Shown: positions 10,565 to 19,960, counted from the first letter of the stretch. The stretch is DNA of 64,000 bases from Alphaproteobacteria bacterium (GCA_963667785.2 CAXXMU010000006.1:864001-928000); one strand, 5' to 3'. Numbers and translations are program-made. Notes: generated by a model from the letters alone, not told the origin.

Positions 10565-11509
10565 TCAGTCGCGAATCTCCTTCCGCGCCGCGGCGGTAAG
10601 CGCCTGCCCGGCATCCGCCGTGGCCTCGGCCAGCAGCTCGATCCAGAGTTGGCCGTGGGCGGCGACGCGGTGGGTGAGGCCGATCCGCCGCGAGGGCTCG
10701 GGCGCATCGAGACGAGCGAAGCTCAGGCCGGGAGCGGCCGCATACTCGCAGAGCGCGGCCGTCTCTGGAACGAGAGTCAGGCCCTCGCCGCTGGCGATCA
10801 GCCGCGACAGCGTGGCGAGCGAGCTCGCGCCGCGGCGAACTTCCTGCATGCGCCACATGCGGCAGGCGCCCAGCACCTGGTCCGCCAGGCAATGGCCGTC
10901 GGCAAGGGTGAGCAGCGGCCCGATGTCGGCGCGCGCGAGGTCCTCCGGTCTCAGCGCATCGCCGACCGCGCGGCGGATCGAGGCGACGCGTTCGGCGCGG
11001 CCGGCGAGCAGAAAGCGGTCCTCGAACAGCTCTCGCTCCGGCAGCTCCAGCTTGCCCAGCGGGAGCGACACGATTGCCGCGTCGAGGCGGCCGGCGAGAA
11101 GGCGCGAGACGAGCTCCTGACCCGGCGCCTCCAGGATGTCGAGCTCGATGCGGGGCGTCGAAACGCCGACCCGCTCCAGGATTCCCGGCAGAATGTAGGG
11201 CGCGAGCGTGGAGAGGATCCCGACCCCGACCTTGAGCGGACCCGCCTCCAGGCGCTGCTCCATGTTCTCGAGGAGCAGCGTCTCGTCCAGGACGCGCAGC
11301 GTCTGCTCGTGCGCATCCCGGCCGAGCGGGGTGAGGAGGATGCCCCGGCTCTCGCGCTCGACCAGCGGCCCGCCGAGAGTGGCTTCGAGTTCGCGGATCT
11401 GGAGCGAAAGTGCCGGCTGAGAGACGTGCACGCTCTCGGCCGCCCGGCTGAAGGAGCCGTGCTCTACAAGCGCCTGGAAGTAACGCAGCTGTCGCAGGGT
11501 GACAGGCAT
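10565..11509 (-). CDS. LysR regulator, OxyR-like
   Basis: LRQLRYF...VSQPALS HTH; GHCLADQVLGAC carries the OxyR C-x8-C redox pair. Confidence 0.85.
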   Translation of the reverse strand: MPVTLRQLRYFQALVEHGSFSRAAESVHVSQPALSLQIRELEATLGGPLVERESRGILLTPLGRDAHEQTLRVLDETLLLENMEQRLEAGPLKVGVGILSTLAPYILPGILERVGVSTPRIELDILEAPGQELVSRLLAGRLDAAIVSLPLGKLELPERELFEDRFLLAGRAERVASIRRAVGDALRPEDLARADIGPLLTLADGHCLADQVLGACRMWRMQEVRRGASSLATLSRLIASGEGLTLVPETAALCEYAAAPGLSFARLDAPEPSRRIGLTHRVAAHGQLWIELLAEATADAGQALTAAARKEIRD

Positions 11510-11793
11510 GTTCCATCCTTCGCGGCACGACTGCGGCGGCGTGGGAGACCGGGGCGGGCGAGCGGCCCTCCCGATCGGCAGGACGGTCGGCCAGGTCGCG
11601 GGCCGAGGCCCCGGGTCTCTCGTGCAACCGCTCGGTCCCGGCGGCCCCCGCAGCGCGGGAGGTCATCCTGCCCGGGCGGGGCCGACGCGGCCGCTGCTGC
11701 GGGACACCTGGGGCGTGCCGTCGGGCGCGTGAGCCGTGTGTCGTGTGTGGGTCGGTGCCGCCGGCAGGAAGCGCTGCCGGCGAGCGATGACTG

Positions 11794-11943
11794 CTACGCT
11801 CCTCCGGGGCTCCCTGGAGAGCCGGGTGGGTCTGGTATGGGGATGGTTGGGCGCCACCCGCTGCAGACGGCGGCGAGCCCTTCTTCCGCGGTGTCTCGCG
11901 GTTCGGAGTCCGTGCTCCTGTATCGCGTACCTGTTTCGCTCAT
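11794..11943 (-). CDS. Putative 49-aa peptide
   Basis: MSETGTRYRSTDSEPRDTAEEGLAAVCSGWRPTIPIPDPPGSPGSPGGA*; GGGGAGG RBS 5 nt before the ATG. Confidence 0.4.
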   Translation of the reverse strand: MSETGTRYRSTDSEPRDTAEEGLAAVCSGWRPTIPIPDPPGSPGSPGGA

Positions 11944-12242
11944 CGTGGCCTCCCCTGGTGAACTCGGCCGTTGCTCGGCCGTGGACGCCCTGCCGACCGG
12001 TGGTGGCGGAGGGCGCCTTATGAAAAAGTCCGCGATGTTAGCGCTCGGGGTCTTTCGATCGACGCTGCCGCGCCGGCGGACATCAGTTTCACTTCGCAGA
12101 ATTTCTCCCTTGCGCTCATCGTCTCATGTGCCGGTTTTTTCGATACCCGCGACTTGCTCTGACCGTCAGTGCCGCAAAAAAGTTGCATGCCGGCTGCAAT
12201 CCGGTGGCGCTAGCTTATGCCGGAACGGGCAACCGATTACCA

Positions 12243-12279
12243 ATAGCGAATTAATGTGGTTTCCATAGTTTTCGCTTAT
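12243..12279. promoter_or_regulatory. OxyR-type operator candidate
   Basis: ATAG-N7-ATGT-N7-ATAG-N7-TTAT versus consensus ATAG-N7-CTAT-N7-ATAG-N7-CTAT, in an AT-rich patch. Confidence 0.45.
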
Positions 12280-12313
12280 TCCGCCGCCACCCCGGATGGC
12301 GGCACGCGCGCCG

Positions 12314-14299
12314 TCAGGCGGCGCTCGCCTCGCCCGCGCTGCCGTCATAGCGCAGCACGATGCAGGTGATGTCGTCCGACTGCTCCGCGTCGCCGACGAA
12401 GTTGACCACCGCACCGGTCACGTTCGCGATCACCGCATCGACCGGCAGGTCGTGGCCGTCGGCGAGAACGGTCTCCAGCCGCGCCTCGGTGAACTCCTCG
12501 TGATCGGTGTTCATGGCCTCGGTGATGCCGTCCGTGTAAAGGAACATCGTGTCTCCCGGAGCCAGCGTCACCGCGTCCTCGTCGTAAGGCAGTCCCGGCA
12601 TGACGCCGACGGCCATGCCTCCCGTCATCGGCAGCGCCGCGACCGCACCGGGATGGCGAACGATGTAAGGCGGGTTGTGCCCGGCATTGGCGTAGGTGAA
12701 CTCTCCGCTCGCGGGATTCAGGATGCCGTAGAAGAGGGTCACGAACAGGTCCTGCGGGTTCTGCGCGCAGATGGCGTCGTTGACCTCCTGGAGGCACGGG
12801 CCCGGCGTGGGGTGGCGGTTGGCGGCGGCACGCATGACGGTCCGCGCGATCGCCATGAAGAACGCGGCCGGCACCCCCTTGCCGGAGACGTCCGCCATCA
12901 CCACGCTCAGGCGTCCGTCGTCCAGGGGGAAGAAGTCGTAGAAATCGCCGCCCATTTCGCGCGCAGGCGTCATGATGGCGTGCCCCGAATATGAGGGACT
13001 TTCCGGCATCGTCTTGGGCAAGATTGCACCCTGAAGGGCGTGCGCGATCTTGAGCTCCGATTCCATACGCTCTTTCGCCTTCTCCAGCTGAGCGTTGGAG
13101 AGTTCCAGGTCGCGCGTGCGGGCGCGCACCATGCTTTCCAGGTATTCCTCGCGCGCCTGAACCTGGCGCACCATGTTCTGGAAAACGCGGACCAGCGTGC
13201 CCAGCTCGTCCCGTCGCTCGGCAACCTGGTCCAGGGATTCCGGGGCGAAGCTCAGCGTGTCGGTGTCCACTTCGGCGGCCGCCGTGGTCAGCGCGGTGAC
13301 GGGCTGCACGATGCGCCGCGCCGAGAACACCGCGATGATGGAGCCGATGGCGAAGGCGGCCGCGGCGACGATCAGACCGTACTTGATGTGGTCCGAGAAC
13401 AGCTGATCCAGGTGGTCGCGCTCCATATGGATGACCGCGGCGCCCGAGGCGACTCCGCCGCGATCGAGGATCGGCGCCGCCACATGGAGGGCCCGCTCGC
13501 CGAGATAGGAGAGCGCGCCGCCCGCAGCGAGAACGCGCGTGGCGAGGTCCGCGTCATCCAGCATGAGCGCCGCATCCGCCATCGGGATATCCTTGGCGTC
13601 GAAGGCGGCGACGCCGATCGTGTCGAGCGAGTCGTTGACCACCCAGATCGACTGAATTGCCTCTCTCCCGGCCAGGGAGTCGAGCGCCGCGTCGATGCCG
13701 ATGACCTCGCCGGCCCCGCCCATCTCGCTGGCGATCGTGCCGACCAGCACCGACTGGTGGTTGCCGGCGCGGACGCCGACGTACCGGATGGGTTTCTCCC
13801 AGCCCGCCGGCGGTATCGACTGGAAGGAAACCGAGAATCGCCGTCCGGAGACCAGCGCCTCCACCGATCGGTAGTCGATGCCGGCCGCGGCGAGGTCCAG
13901 GGCCTCGCCCTGGTCCAGGCCGGCGACGGCGCGCACCAGGGGTTCGCCCGCCCGATCCAGCAGCCAGATGTCGTCGGCAGCGCTGTCCGCGGTGACGCGC
14001 GCAAAGTAGGCCCCGAGCTCGCCCGTGTCCTGCTCCGCGTCATCGTGGCTGTCGAGATGACGGGCGATCGCCAGCGCCTGCGCTTCCATCTGGCTGGTGA
14101 TCATGCGGTCGATCTCGTCGGTGGTGAGCTCGGCCCGGTTGGCCTCGCTCGCGATCAGCCCGGCCACGAGCTGTGCCTGGTCTTCCGCCTGCTCGATCAG
14201 CGCATCGCGCGCGAGATACCCCATCGCCAGCGCGACCCCGATGATCGCCACGCCGACCGACGCGGCGACCGTGATAATCAGTCGTGTGGAAAGGGTCAC
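12314..14299 (-). CDS. Membrane sensor PP2C/SpoIIE (RsbU-like) phosphatase with HAMP domain
   Basis: TM-periplasmic-TM-HAMP (RRDELGTL)-coiled coil; GGDFYD, ADVSGKG, NAGH, YTDGITEA, SDDIT. Start uncertain (GTG 14299 or 14320). Confidence 0.92.
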   Translation of the reverse strand: MTLSTRLIITVAASVGVAIIGVALAMGYLARDALIEQAEDQAQLVAGLIASEANRAELTTDEIDRMITSQMEAQALAIARHLDSHDDAEQDTGELGAYFARVTADSAADDIWLLDRAGEPLVRAVAGLDQGEALDLAAAGIDYRSVEALVSGRRFSVSFQSIPPAGWEKPIRYVGVRAGNHQSVLVGTIASEMGGAGEVIGIDAALDSLAGREAIQSIWVVNDSLDTIGVAAFDAKDIPMADAALMLDDADLATRVLAAGGALSYLGERALHVAAPILDRGGVASGAAVIHMERDHLDQLFSDHIKYGLIVAAAAFAIGSIIAVFSARRIVQPVTALTTAAAEVDTDTLSFAPESLDQVAERRDELGTLVRVFQNMVRQVQAREEYLESMVRARTRDLELSNAQLEKAKERMESELKIAHALQGAILPKTMPESPSYSGHAIMTPAREMGGDFYDFFPLDDGRLSVVMADVSGKGVPAAFFMAIARTVMRAAANRHPTPGPCLQEVNDAICAQNPQDLFVTLFYGILNPASGEFTYANAGHNPPYIVRHPGAVAALPMTGGMAVGVMPGLPYDEDAVTLAPGDTMFLYTDGITEAMNTDHEEFTEARLETVLADGHDLPVDAVIANVTGAVVNFVGDAEQSDDITCIVLRYDGSAGEASAA

Positions 14300-14351
14300 C
14301 GCAGGCCCGCGGTGGCGCACGACCGATGCCGACGCCGGAGGACCGGCGTCG

Positions 14352-15029
14352 TCATGGCAGCATGTCTCCCGGGCCGTCCGTGGTCTCCTGCATGGGCCGA
14401 TGCACGCGCCGTTTTATGTGCCTGCTCAGCCAATTCATGCCGAACGTGAGCAGCAGGCTGAATCCCAGGAACCAGATCATGGCCCACAGATAGACCCAGA
14501 GCGCGAGCCCGACCTTGTCGACGGCGCCGATGACCGTATCCGCGCGCCGCACGAGTTCGGGCACACCGATCACCGACGCGGTGCTGGAGGCCATGACGAT
14601 GATCAGGAAGTAGCTCGTCCAGGCCGGCACGAACAGCAGCGCCTCGGCGATCTCGTGCCGGCGCAGGTGACGAATCGCGGCGAGCGCGTTGTCGGACACG
14701 TAGCCGGCGACGGCGATCCCCAGCGCGAGCGACGCCTTGATCCAGGCCGGGAAGGTCAGGGCGGCGCCGAAGAGCTCGAACTCGGTGGGGATGATGTAGG
14801 CGAGATAGAACAGCATGACGAAGGTCGGCGCATTGCGCGCCAGCGTCGTCAACGCCCCGCCACCGTGCCGCGCTCCCCAATTCGTGCCGCTCCGCAGCAG
14901 GGCCAGGATCATCCCGACGATGGTGCCGATGGCCATGGCGAGGAGGGAGACGATGATGTTCCAGCCGAACCCCTCCGCCAGATAGGGCGACCAGGCCCAC
15001 AGGACGTCGATGGTCTCCTGCGCTGTCAT
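14352..15029 (-). CDS. Polar amino-acid ABC-type permease (HisM/GlnP family), EAA loop absent
   Basis: YLAEGFGWNI, RNAPTFVMLFY, ASSTASVIGVPEL; ATGA overlap with the upstream gene. Confidence 0.85.
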   Translation of the reverse strand: MTAQETIDVLWAWSPYLAEGFGWNIIVSLLAMAIGTIVGMILALLRSGTNWGARHGGGALTTLARNAPTFVMLFYLAYIIPTEFELFGAALTFPAWIKASLALGIAVAGYVSDNALAAIRHLRRHEIAEALLFVPAWTSYFLIIVMASSTASVIGVPELVRRADTVIGAVDKVGLALWVYLWAMIWFLGFSLLLTFGMNWLSRHIKRRVHRPMQETTDGPGDMLP

Positions 15030-16627
15030 GCCGTCGTGGCCCTGCCCCTCTCGAACCGCCGGAAGAGCTGCACCGTGATGATGACCAGGACGAAGTAGCA
15101 GATCAGAAGCAGATTCATCATCACGTCCGCATTGCCCTTTTCGGCCACGATCGAGGTGCTGGCGTGCACCAGTTCGGGCAGGGCGAGGGTGCTGGCCATG
15201 CCGGTGGCCTTCACGATATTGGCCGAATTCCCCATCACCGCGGCGTAGCAGAGCATCAGCGCCCGTTGAATGTCGCGCGGCGTGAAGCGGAGCCGGTGGC
15301 TGCCTCCGGCGGCGACGTCCGCCGCGAGCGAGAACGCGATGGCGTTGCTCGACGCCGCGTAGAGCGAGAGCACCACGGCGGAGACCAGGAAGGCATCGAG
15401 CGTGAAGCCCAGCGCCAGCAGCACGCCGCCCAGGCCGAAGAACACGATGTAGAGCTGGAGCAGCGGGGGCGTCATGCGCATGAACTCGCTGAAGCCCCGC
15501 AGGAAGTGGCTGATCCCCGGCACCCGCCGGTGCATCAGCCAGCCGAAGAGAATGCCCAGCACGATGCTGCCGACGACGGTGATCACCGAAAGCAGCGCCG
15601 TCAGGCCCAGGCCGTAGAGGAAGACGTCTCTGTCGAGCGGGTCGTAGAGGATGCTGATGTCGAGACCCGTCACCTCCATGATCGTGAGCGAGAAGCCCGA
15701 GAGGCCGCCGATGCCGCTGCCGGTGACGAGAGCGACCTCGCGGCACTCGAGCGGCCACATGCCCTGCTCGTCGCGCCGGCACGTCAGCTCGCCGGCTTCG
15801 TCCGTCTCCTGCCACGTCGTGCGGGCATCGCGCAGGAAGGGAGAGGGCGGCAGGCCCCACTTCTTCTCAAGCGATTGCAGGAAGCCATCGCGATGCCAGC
15901 CGGCAAGCGTATCGCCGAGCACCAGATCCAGTGGGGCGCCGCCTTCCTCCTTGGCGATGGCGACGGCCCAGGGCAGGACGAAACGCGTCGGCAGGGTGAC
16001 GCTGAAGCCGTCCCACTCCCCGCTCTCGAGCTCGTGCAGGAGGAGGACTTCGTCGTAGATCCAGCCGAGGCAATGCCCGTTGCGCAGCGCCTGGCCGGCC
16101 TCGCGGGTGCTGTTGAACGCGGTCACGTCGAGCAGCAGCCGCTGCTTGGCGAGCCGGTTCCAGAGCGAGCCCTGGAGCCCGCACACCGTCTGACCGCGCA
16201 GGTCCGCCCAGCTGCCGATCTTGGCGTCGTCCCGCAGCAGCACGTTGGCGCCGTCGCCGTAATACTGCGGCTCGATCATGGTGACGAGCTCGCGGCGGCT
16301 GCGGGTATCGCCCATGGTGGCGGCGACGATGTCGATCTCGCCCCTCTGCACCTTCTGCAAGCGATTGGCGCTGGTCACCGGAACCAGCTCGACCTCGACG
16401 CCGATCGCCTCCGCGAATCCCCGCGCCACGTCCACGTCGTAGCCGACCAGCTCGCCCTCCTCGTCGCGAAACCCGAAGGGCGAGTAGTCTTCCTTGACGC
16501 CGACGATCACGTGGCCGCGGTCCCGGATTTCCTGCAGCCGGTCGGCGAGGGCGGGAGAGGCAACGCCTGCCCAACCGACGAGGAGTGCGGCGAACAGCAG
16601 GCGCAACGGCAGGCGGCGGCGGCTCAT
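15026..16627 (-). CDS. Fused family-3 substrate-binding domain + amino-acid ABC permease
   Basis: Signal peptide, GVKEDYSPFGF, GYDVDVA, VTSANR; C-terminal RMTPPLLQLYIVFFGL permease domain. Confidence 0.88.
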   Translation of the reverse strand: MSRRRLPLRLLFAALLVGWAGVASPALADRLQEIRDRGHVIVGVKEDYSPFGFRDEEGELVGYDVDVARGFAEAIGVEVELVPVTSANRLQKVQRGEIDIVAATMGDTRSRRELVTMIEPQYYGDGANVLLRDDAKIGSWADLRGQTVCGLQGSLWNRLAKQRLLLDVTAFNSTREAGQALRNGHCLGWIYDEVLLLHELESGEWDGFSVTLPTRFVLPWAVAIAKEEGGAPLDLVLGDTLAGWHRDGFLQSLEKKWGLPPSPFLRDARTTWQETDEAGELTCRRDEQGMWPLECREVALVTGSGIGGLSGFSLTIMEVTGLDISILYDPLDRDVFLYGLGLTALLSVITVVGSIVLGILFGWLMHRRVPGISHFLRGFSEFMRMTPPLLQLYIVFFGLGGVLLALGFTLDAFLVSAVVLSLYAASSNAIAFSLAADVAAGGSHRLRFTPRDIQRALMLCYAAVMGNSANIVKATGMASTLALPELVHASTSIVAEKGNADVMMNLLLICYFVLVIITVQLFRRFERGRATTA

Positions 16628-17081
16628 GCCGTCACCCGCGGTCCGGGGCCACAGGCCCCGCACATGCGATACGGATGGCGGGGGTGCCGTCGCCGGCAGC
16701 CGTCCATGGGGAAGAAAGACCGGGACGGGATTTCCGCATCACTCCGTTCGCACGACGGAGATATCGAGCGCAGGGGCCCGGCACGGGCGTGCGGCCATGG
16801 CGTTTCGGTCGTCGGTGAGCGTCGAGCGGGTCATCGTAGCGGTTCGGCCTGACGTAACCGATAGGAGGGACAGGTCCGGATAGGGCGCCGATGTCCGCGA
16901 CCGCGAAACGCGTCGGCCGCGTGCTTCTGTCTTATCAGATATAACGTTACGGAGAAATAGAGTATCGTGCCGCGCGAGAGAAACCAGTCCGAACCGTCGC
17001 CGCGCGGGCGCCGACACCTCGAAATGCAGATACGCGCTCGCCGCGGCCTTGGAAGATCGGCGGCGAGGCTCCGGGGGAAGA

Positions 17082-18029
17082 ATGACGGGCCGTGGTGATC
17101 GCTTGCCTTCGTTCGCGCTGCGCCGTCGGGTGCCGCTCCGCCGTGCGCTCGCTCTGCTCGCACTGCTCGCCCTCTCTGCGTCCGGCCTGCCACATCCGGC
17201 ACCACCGGCGGACGCCGCCGATGGCGGCGTGCTTGCCAGGGTCGAGGCGGACGGCGTGATCCGCGCCGGCACGAGGGCGAGCGCGCCGCCTTTCGCTCGG
17301 AAGCTGGAATCCGGCGGGTTCGAGGGCTTCTCGGTCGACCTGCTGGAGGAGATTCGCGTCTCGGTGGAGGAGAGGCTCGGCCGCTCCGTCGCGCTCGAGT
17401 TTGCGGAAGTAACCCCGTCCGACCGGCTGCAGCGCGTCGCCGCAGGCGAGCTCGACATCGTCTGCGGGATCACCACGCCGACCTGGGACAGGGAGACCCT
17501 CGTGGATTTCTCGGTGCCGTTCTTCCGCGACGGCACCCGCATCCTGATCTATCGGGAACGGGCCACCGGCGGCGTGGATCTCGGCAGGCTCGACATCGGC
17601 GTGGTCGAAGGGACGACCACCGTCACGATCATCGGCGACGAGCTGCCGACGGCCACTCTGCACCGGTTTCCCACCATGACCGACGCCATGGAGGCGCTCG
17701 CGAAGTCGGAGGTCCACGGTGTCGCCAACATCGGCATCACCCTGCTCGGGCTCGCGGCGCGGGAGGAGCCCCGCCGCAGCGTGGTCCTGCTTCCGCGCAC
17801 TTACGCGCTTGCCATGGAAACGCTGGCCTGCGTCCTTCCGCAGGACGACAGCGCGTGGCGGGACGTGGTCAATCGCGTCATCATCGATGCCTTCGCGGGC
17901 GTCGAGGATTCCAACAGCCGCTACGACGAGATCTACGAGCGCTGGTTCGGCCGCGACAGCGAGATCTTCTATCCGCTCGACCGCAGCAACCGCACCTATC
18001 TGAGCACCGTGTCGATCTGGGCGCGCTGA
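17082..18029 (+). CDS. Amino-acid ABC substrate-binding protein (family 3, GltI-like)
   Basis: GTRASAPPF, GFSVDL, DIVCGITT.T.DRE.VDFS.PFF, YERWFG; start uncertain. Confidence 0.87.
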   Translation: MTGRGDRLPSFALRRRVPLRRALALLALLALSASGLPHPAPPADAADGGVLARVEADGVIRAGTRASAPPFARKLESGGFEGFSVDLLEEIRVSVEERLGRSVALEFAEVTPSDRLQRVAAGELDIVCGITTPTWDRETLVDFSVPFFRDGTRILIYRERATGGVDLGRLDIGVVEGTTTVTIIGDELPTATLHRFPTMTDAMEALAKSEVHGVANIGITLLGLAAREEPRRSVVLLPRTYALAMETLACVLPQDDSAWRDVVNRVIIDAFAGVEDSNSRYDEIYERWFGRDSEIFYPLDRSNRTYLSTVSIWAR

Positions 18030-18104
18030 GGGCGCCTGCGCCCGCCCGGCTGCCGTGCGAGACGGCACACGGCCACGCGCCTCACCGCGGCGGCGGGGCA
18101 GGCT

Positions 18105-18119
18105 ATGCTATAGTGTCAC
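18105..18119. promoter_or_regulatory. Candidate Zur box overlapping a TATAGT -10 element
   Basis: ATGCTATAGTGTCAC resembles the proteobacterial Zur palindrome (ATGTTATA-N-TATAAC); lies directly upstream of zur. Confidence 0.5.
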
Positions 18120-18173
18120 CTTGCCAATCGCCGCGCGGCGCATACCGGCGCGGGCGGCACGGTCGAGGAACGG

Positions 18174-18680
18174 ATGGACCCCCAGCAGGCCACGAAGCCC
18201 GGCTTCCGTAGTGACGGGCACGAGCACGAGAGCTGCATCGAGGATGCGCTCGCCCGCGCCGATGCGCTCTGCCGCGGGCGCGGCGTTCGCCTCACGCCGC
18301 TGCGGCGACGGGTGCTGGAGCTGGTCTGGGGCAGTCATCGCGCGGTCAAGGCCTACGACCTGCTCGCGGCGCTCGGCGAGGGGGTCGGCGCGGCAAAGCC
18401 GCCGACGGTCTACCGCGCGCTGGAGTTCCTGATGGGCCAGGGCCTGGTCCATCGCATCGACAGCCTCAACGCCTTCGTCGGCTGTCCCGCGCCCGACCGG
18501 AGCCACAGCGCCCAGTTTCTCATTTGCGGAAGCTGCGGCGAGGTCTCGGAGCTGAACGCGCCCAGTATCGACCGGGCGGTGGCGCGGCAAGCCGCCGATT
18601 CGGGCTTCGCGGTCTCGCGCCAGGTCATCGAGTTGCACGGAAAATGTCCGCGTTGCACAGCGCCGCCGCCGAGCCCGTGA
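18174..18680 (+). CDS. zur: Zinc uptake regulator (Fur family)
   Basis: RLTPLRRRV, KAYDLL, PPTVYRALEFL, HRIDSLNAFVGC, CxxC...CxxC; precedes znuC/B. Confidence 0.92.
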   Translation: MDPQQATKPGFRSDGHEHESCIEDALARADALCRGRGVRLTPLRRRVLELVWGSHRAVKAYDLLAALGEGVGAAKPPTVYRALEFLMGQGLVHRIDSLNAFVGCPAPDRSHSAQFLICGSCGEVSELNAPSIDRAVARQAADSGFAVSRQVIELHGKCPRCTAPPPSP

Positions 18681-19936
18681 CCCGCCGCGCCGGCGCCGAC
18701 GGCGCGACGCTCGCCTCGGGCGAGGGCCTCGTCGTGCGCTACGGCGGGCGCACGGTGCTGGACCATGTCTCGCTCGAGGTCCGCCGGCGCGAGGTGGTGA
18801 GCCTGATCGGGCCGAACGGCGCCGGCAAGACCACCGCCGTGCGCGCGCTGCTGGGACTCATCAGGCCGGATGCGGGCACCGTCCGTCACGAGCCGGGCCT
18901 GGTGGTGGGCTACGTCCCCCAACGCATTGCGCCGGATACGCTCCTGCCGATCTCCGTGCGGCGCTTCCTGGCGATGGCGGGTCGCAGCACCGCGGCGGAC
19001 GCCGCCGCGACCCTCGACGAGGTGGGTATGGCGGCGGTGATCGACCGCCAGCTCAGCGCCCTGTCCGGCGGCGAGTACAGGCGGGTCTTGCTCGCCCGCG
19101 CCCTGCTGCGCGATCCCGACCTCCTGGTGCTGGACGAGCCGGTCCAGCAGGTAGACTTCCCCGGCCAGCTCGGCTGCTTCATGGTCTGGCGGCGCATGGC
19201 CTACTTCGGAGACTCCGTCGCCCACAGCGCGCTGCTCGGCGTGGTGCTCGGCATCGTCCTCGGCATCGAGCCCAACGCCGGCATCATCATCATGTGCATC
19301 GCCCTCGCCCTGCTGCTCCACCTGCTGCAGCAGCAGCGGCGCCTGGCCACGGATACCCTGCTCGGAATCCTGGCGCACGGGGCGCTGGCCCTCGGACTCG
19401 TCGGCATCAGCTTCCTCGAGGGCGTGCGGGTCGACCTGATGAGCTATCTGTTCGGCGACATCCTCGCCGTCACCGGCCGCGACCTGCTGTGGATCTGGGG
19501 CGGCGGTGGCGCCGTGCTGGTGGCGACGGCGCTGATCTGGCGGCCGCTGCTCGCCATCACGGTCCACGAGGAGCTGGCGCGCGCCGAGGGCGTGCGGGTC
19601 GGCCTCGTGCGCCTTGTCTTCACGCTTCTGATCGCGCTCGCGGTCGCGATCGCCATGAAGATCATCGGCCTGATCCTGATCGTGGCGCTCCTGATCATCC
19701 CGGCGGCGACGGCCCGCAGACTCGCGCGCTCGCCCGAGCAGATGGCGCTGCTCGCGAGCCTGATCGGGGCGGCGGCGGTGGCGGGTGGGCTGCATGCCTC
19801 GCTCGCCTGGGACACGCCGTCCGGCCCCTCGATCGTGGTCGCGGCGCTGGCTCTCTTCACGCTCGGTCTGGGCGGCGCCGCGCTGGCCTCGGCGTGTCTC
19901 GGGCGGGTCGTTGATTCGGCGCGGGCCGAGCCCTAG
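18677..19936 (+). CDS. In-frame ZnuC'-'ZnuB fusion (truncated ATPase + N-truncated permease); probably defective
   Basis: GPNGAGKT, LSGGE and LVLDEP, then directly LGCFMVWRRMAYFGDS.AHSALLG (ZnuB); no H-loop. Confidence 0.85.
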   Translation: MTRRAGADGATLASGEGLVVRYGGRTVLDHVSLEVRRREVVSLIGPNGAGKTTAVRALLGLIRPDAGTVRHEPGLVVGYVPQRIAPDTLLPISVRRFLAMAGRSTAADAAATLDEVGMAAVIDRQLSALSGGEYRRVLLARALLRDPDLLVLDEPVQQVDFPGQLGCFMVWRRMAYFGDSVAHSALLGVVLGIVLGIEPNAGIIIMCIALALLLHLLQQQRRLATDTLLGILAHGALALGLVGISFLEGVRVDLMSYLFGDILAVTGRDLLWIWGGGGAVLVATALIWRPLLAITVHEELARAEGVRVGLVRLVFTLLIALAVAIAMKIIGLILIVALLIIPAATARRLARSPEQMALLASLIGAAAVAGGLHASLAWDTPSGPSIVVAALALFTLGLGGAALASACLGRVVDSARAEP

Positions 19937-19960
19937 CCTTCACACAATGAGTGGGCAGCG

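Noticed and set aside
12160-12230. Sigma54 promoter candidates here and near 16780
   Set aside because: The GG-to-GC spacing is not the required 10 nt.
16935-16952. AGATATAACGTTAC as a second Zur box or relic znuA promoter
   Set aside because: It is only a partial half-site match in an AT-rich patch, far from zur, and cannot be supported without a matrix scan.
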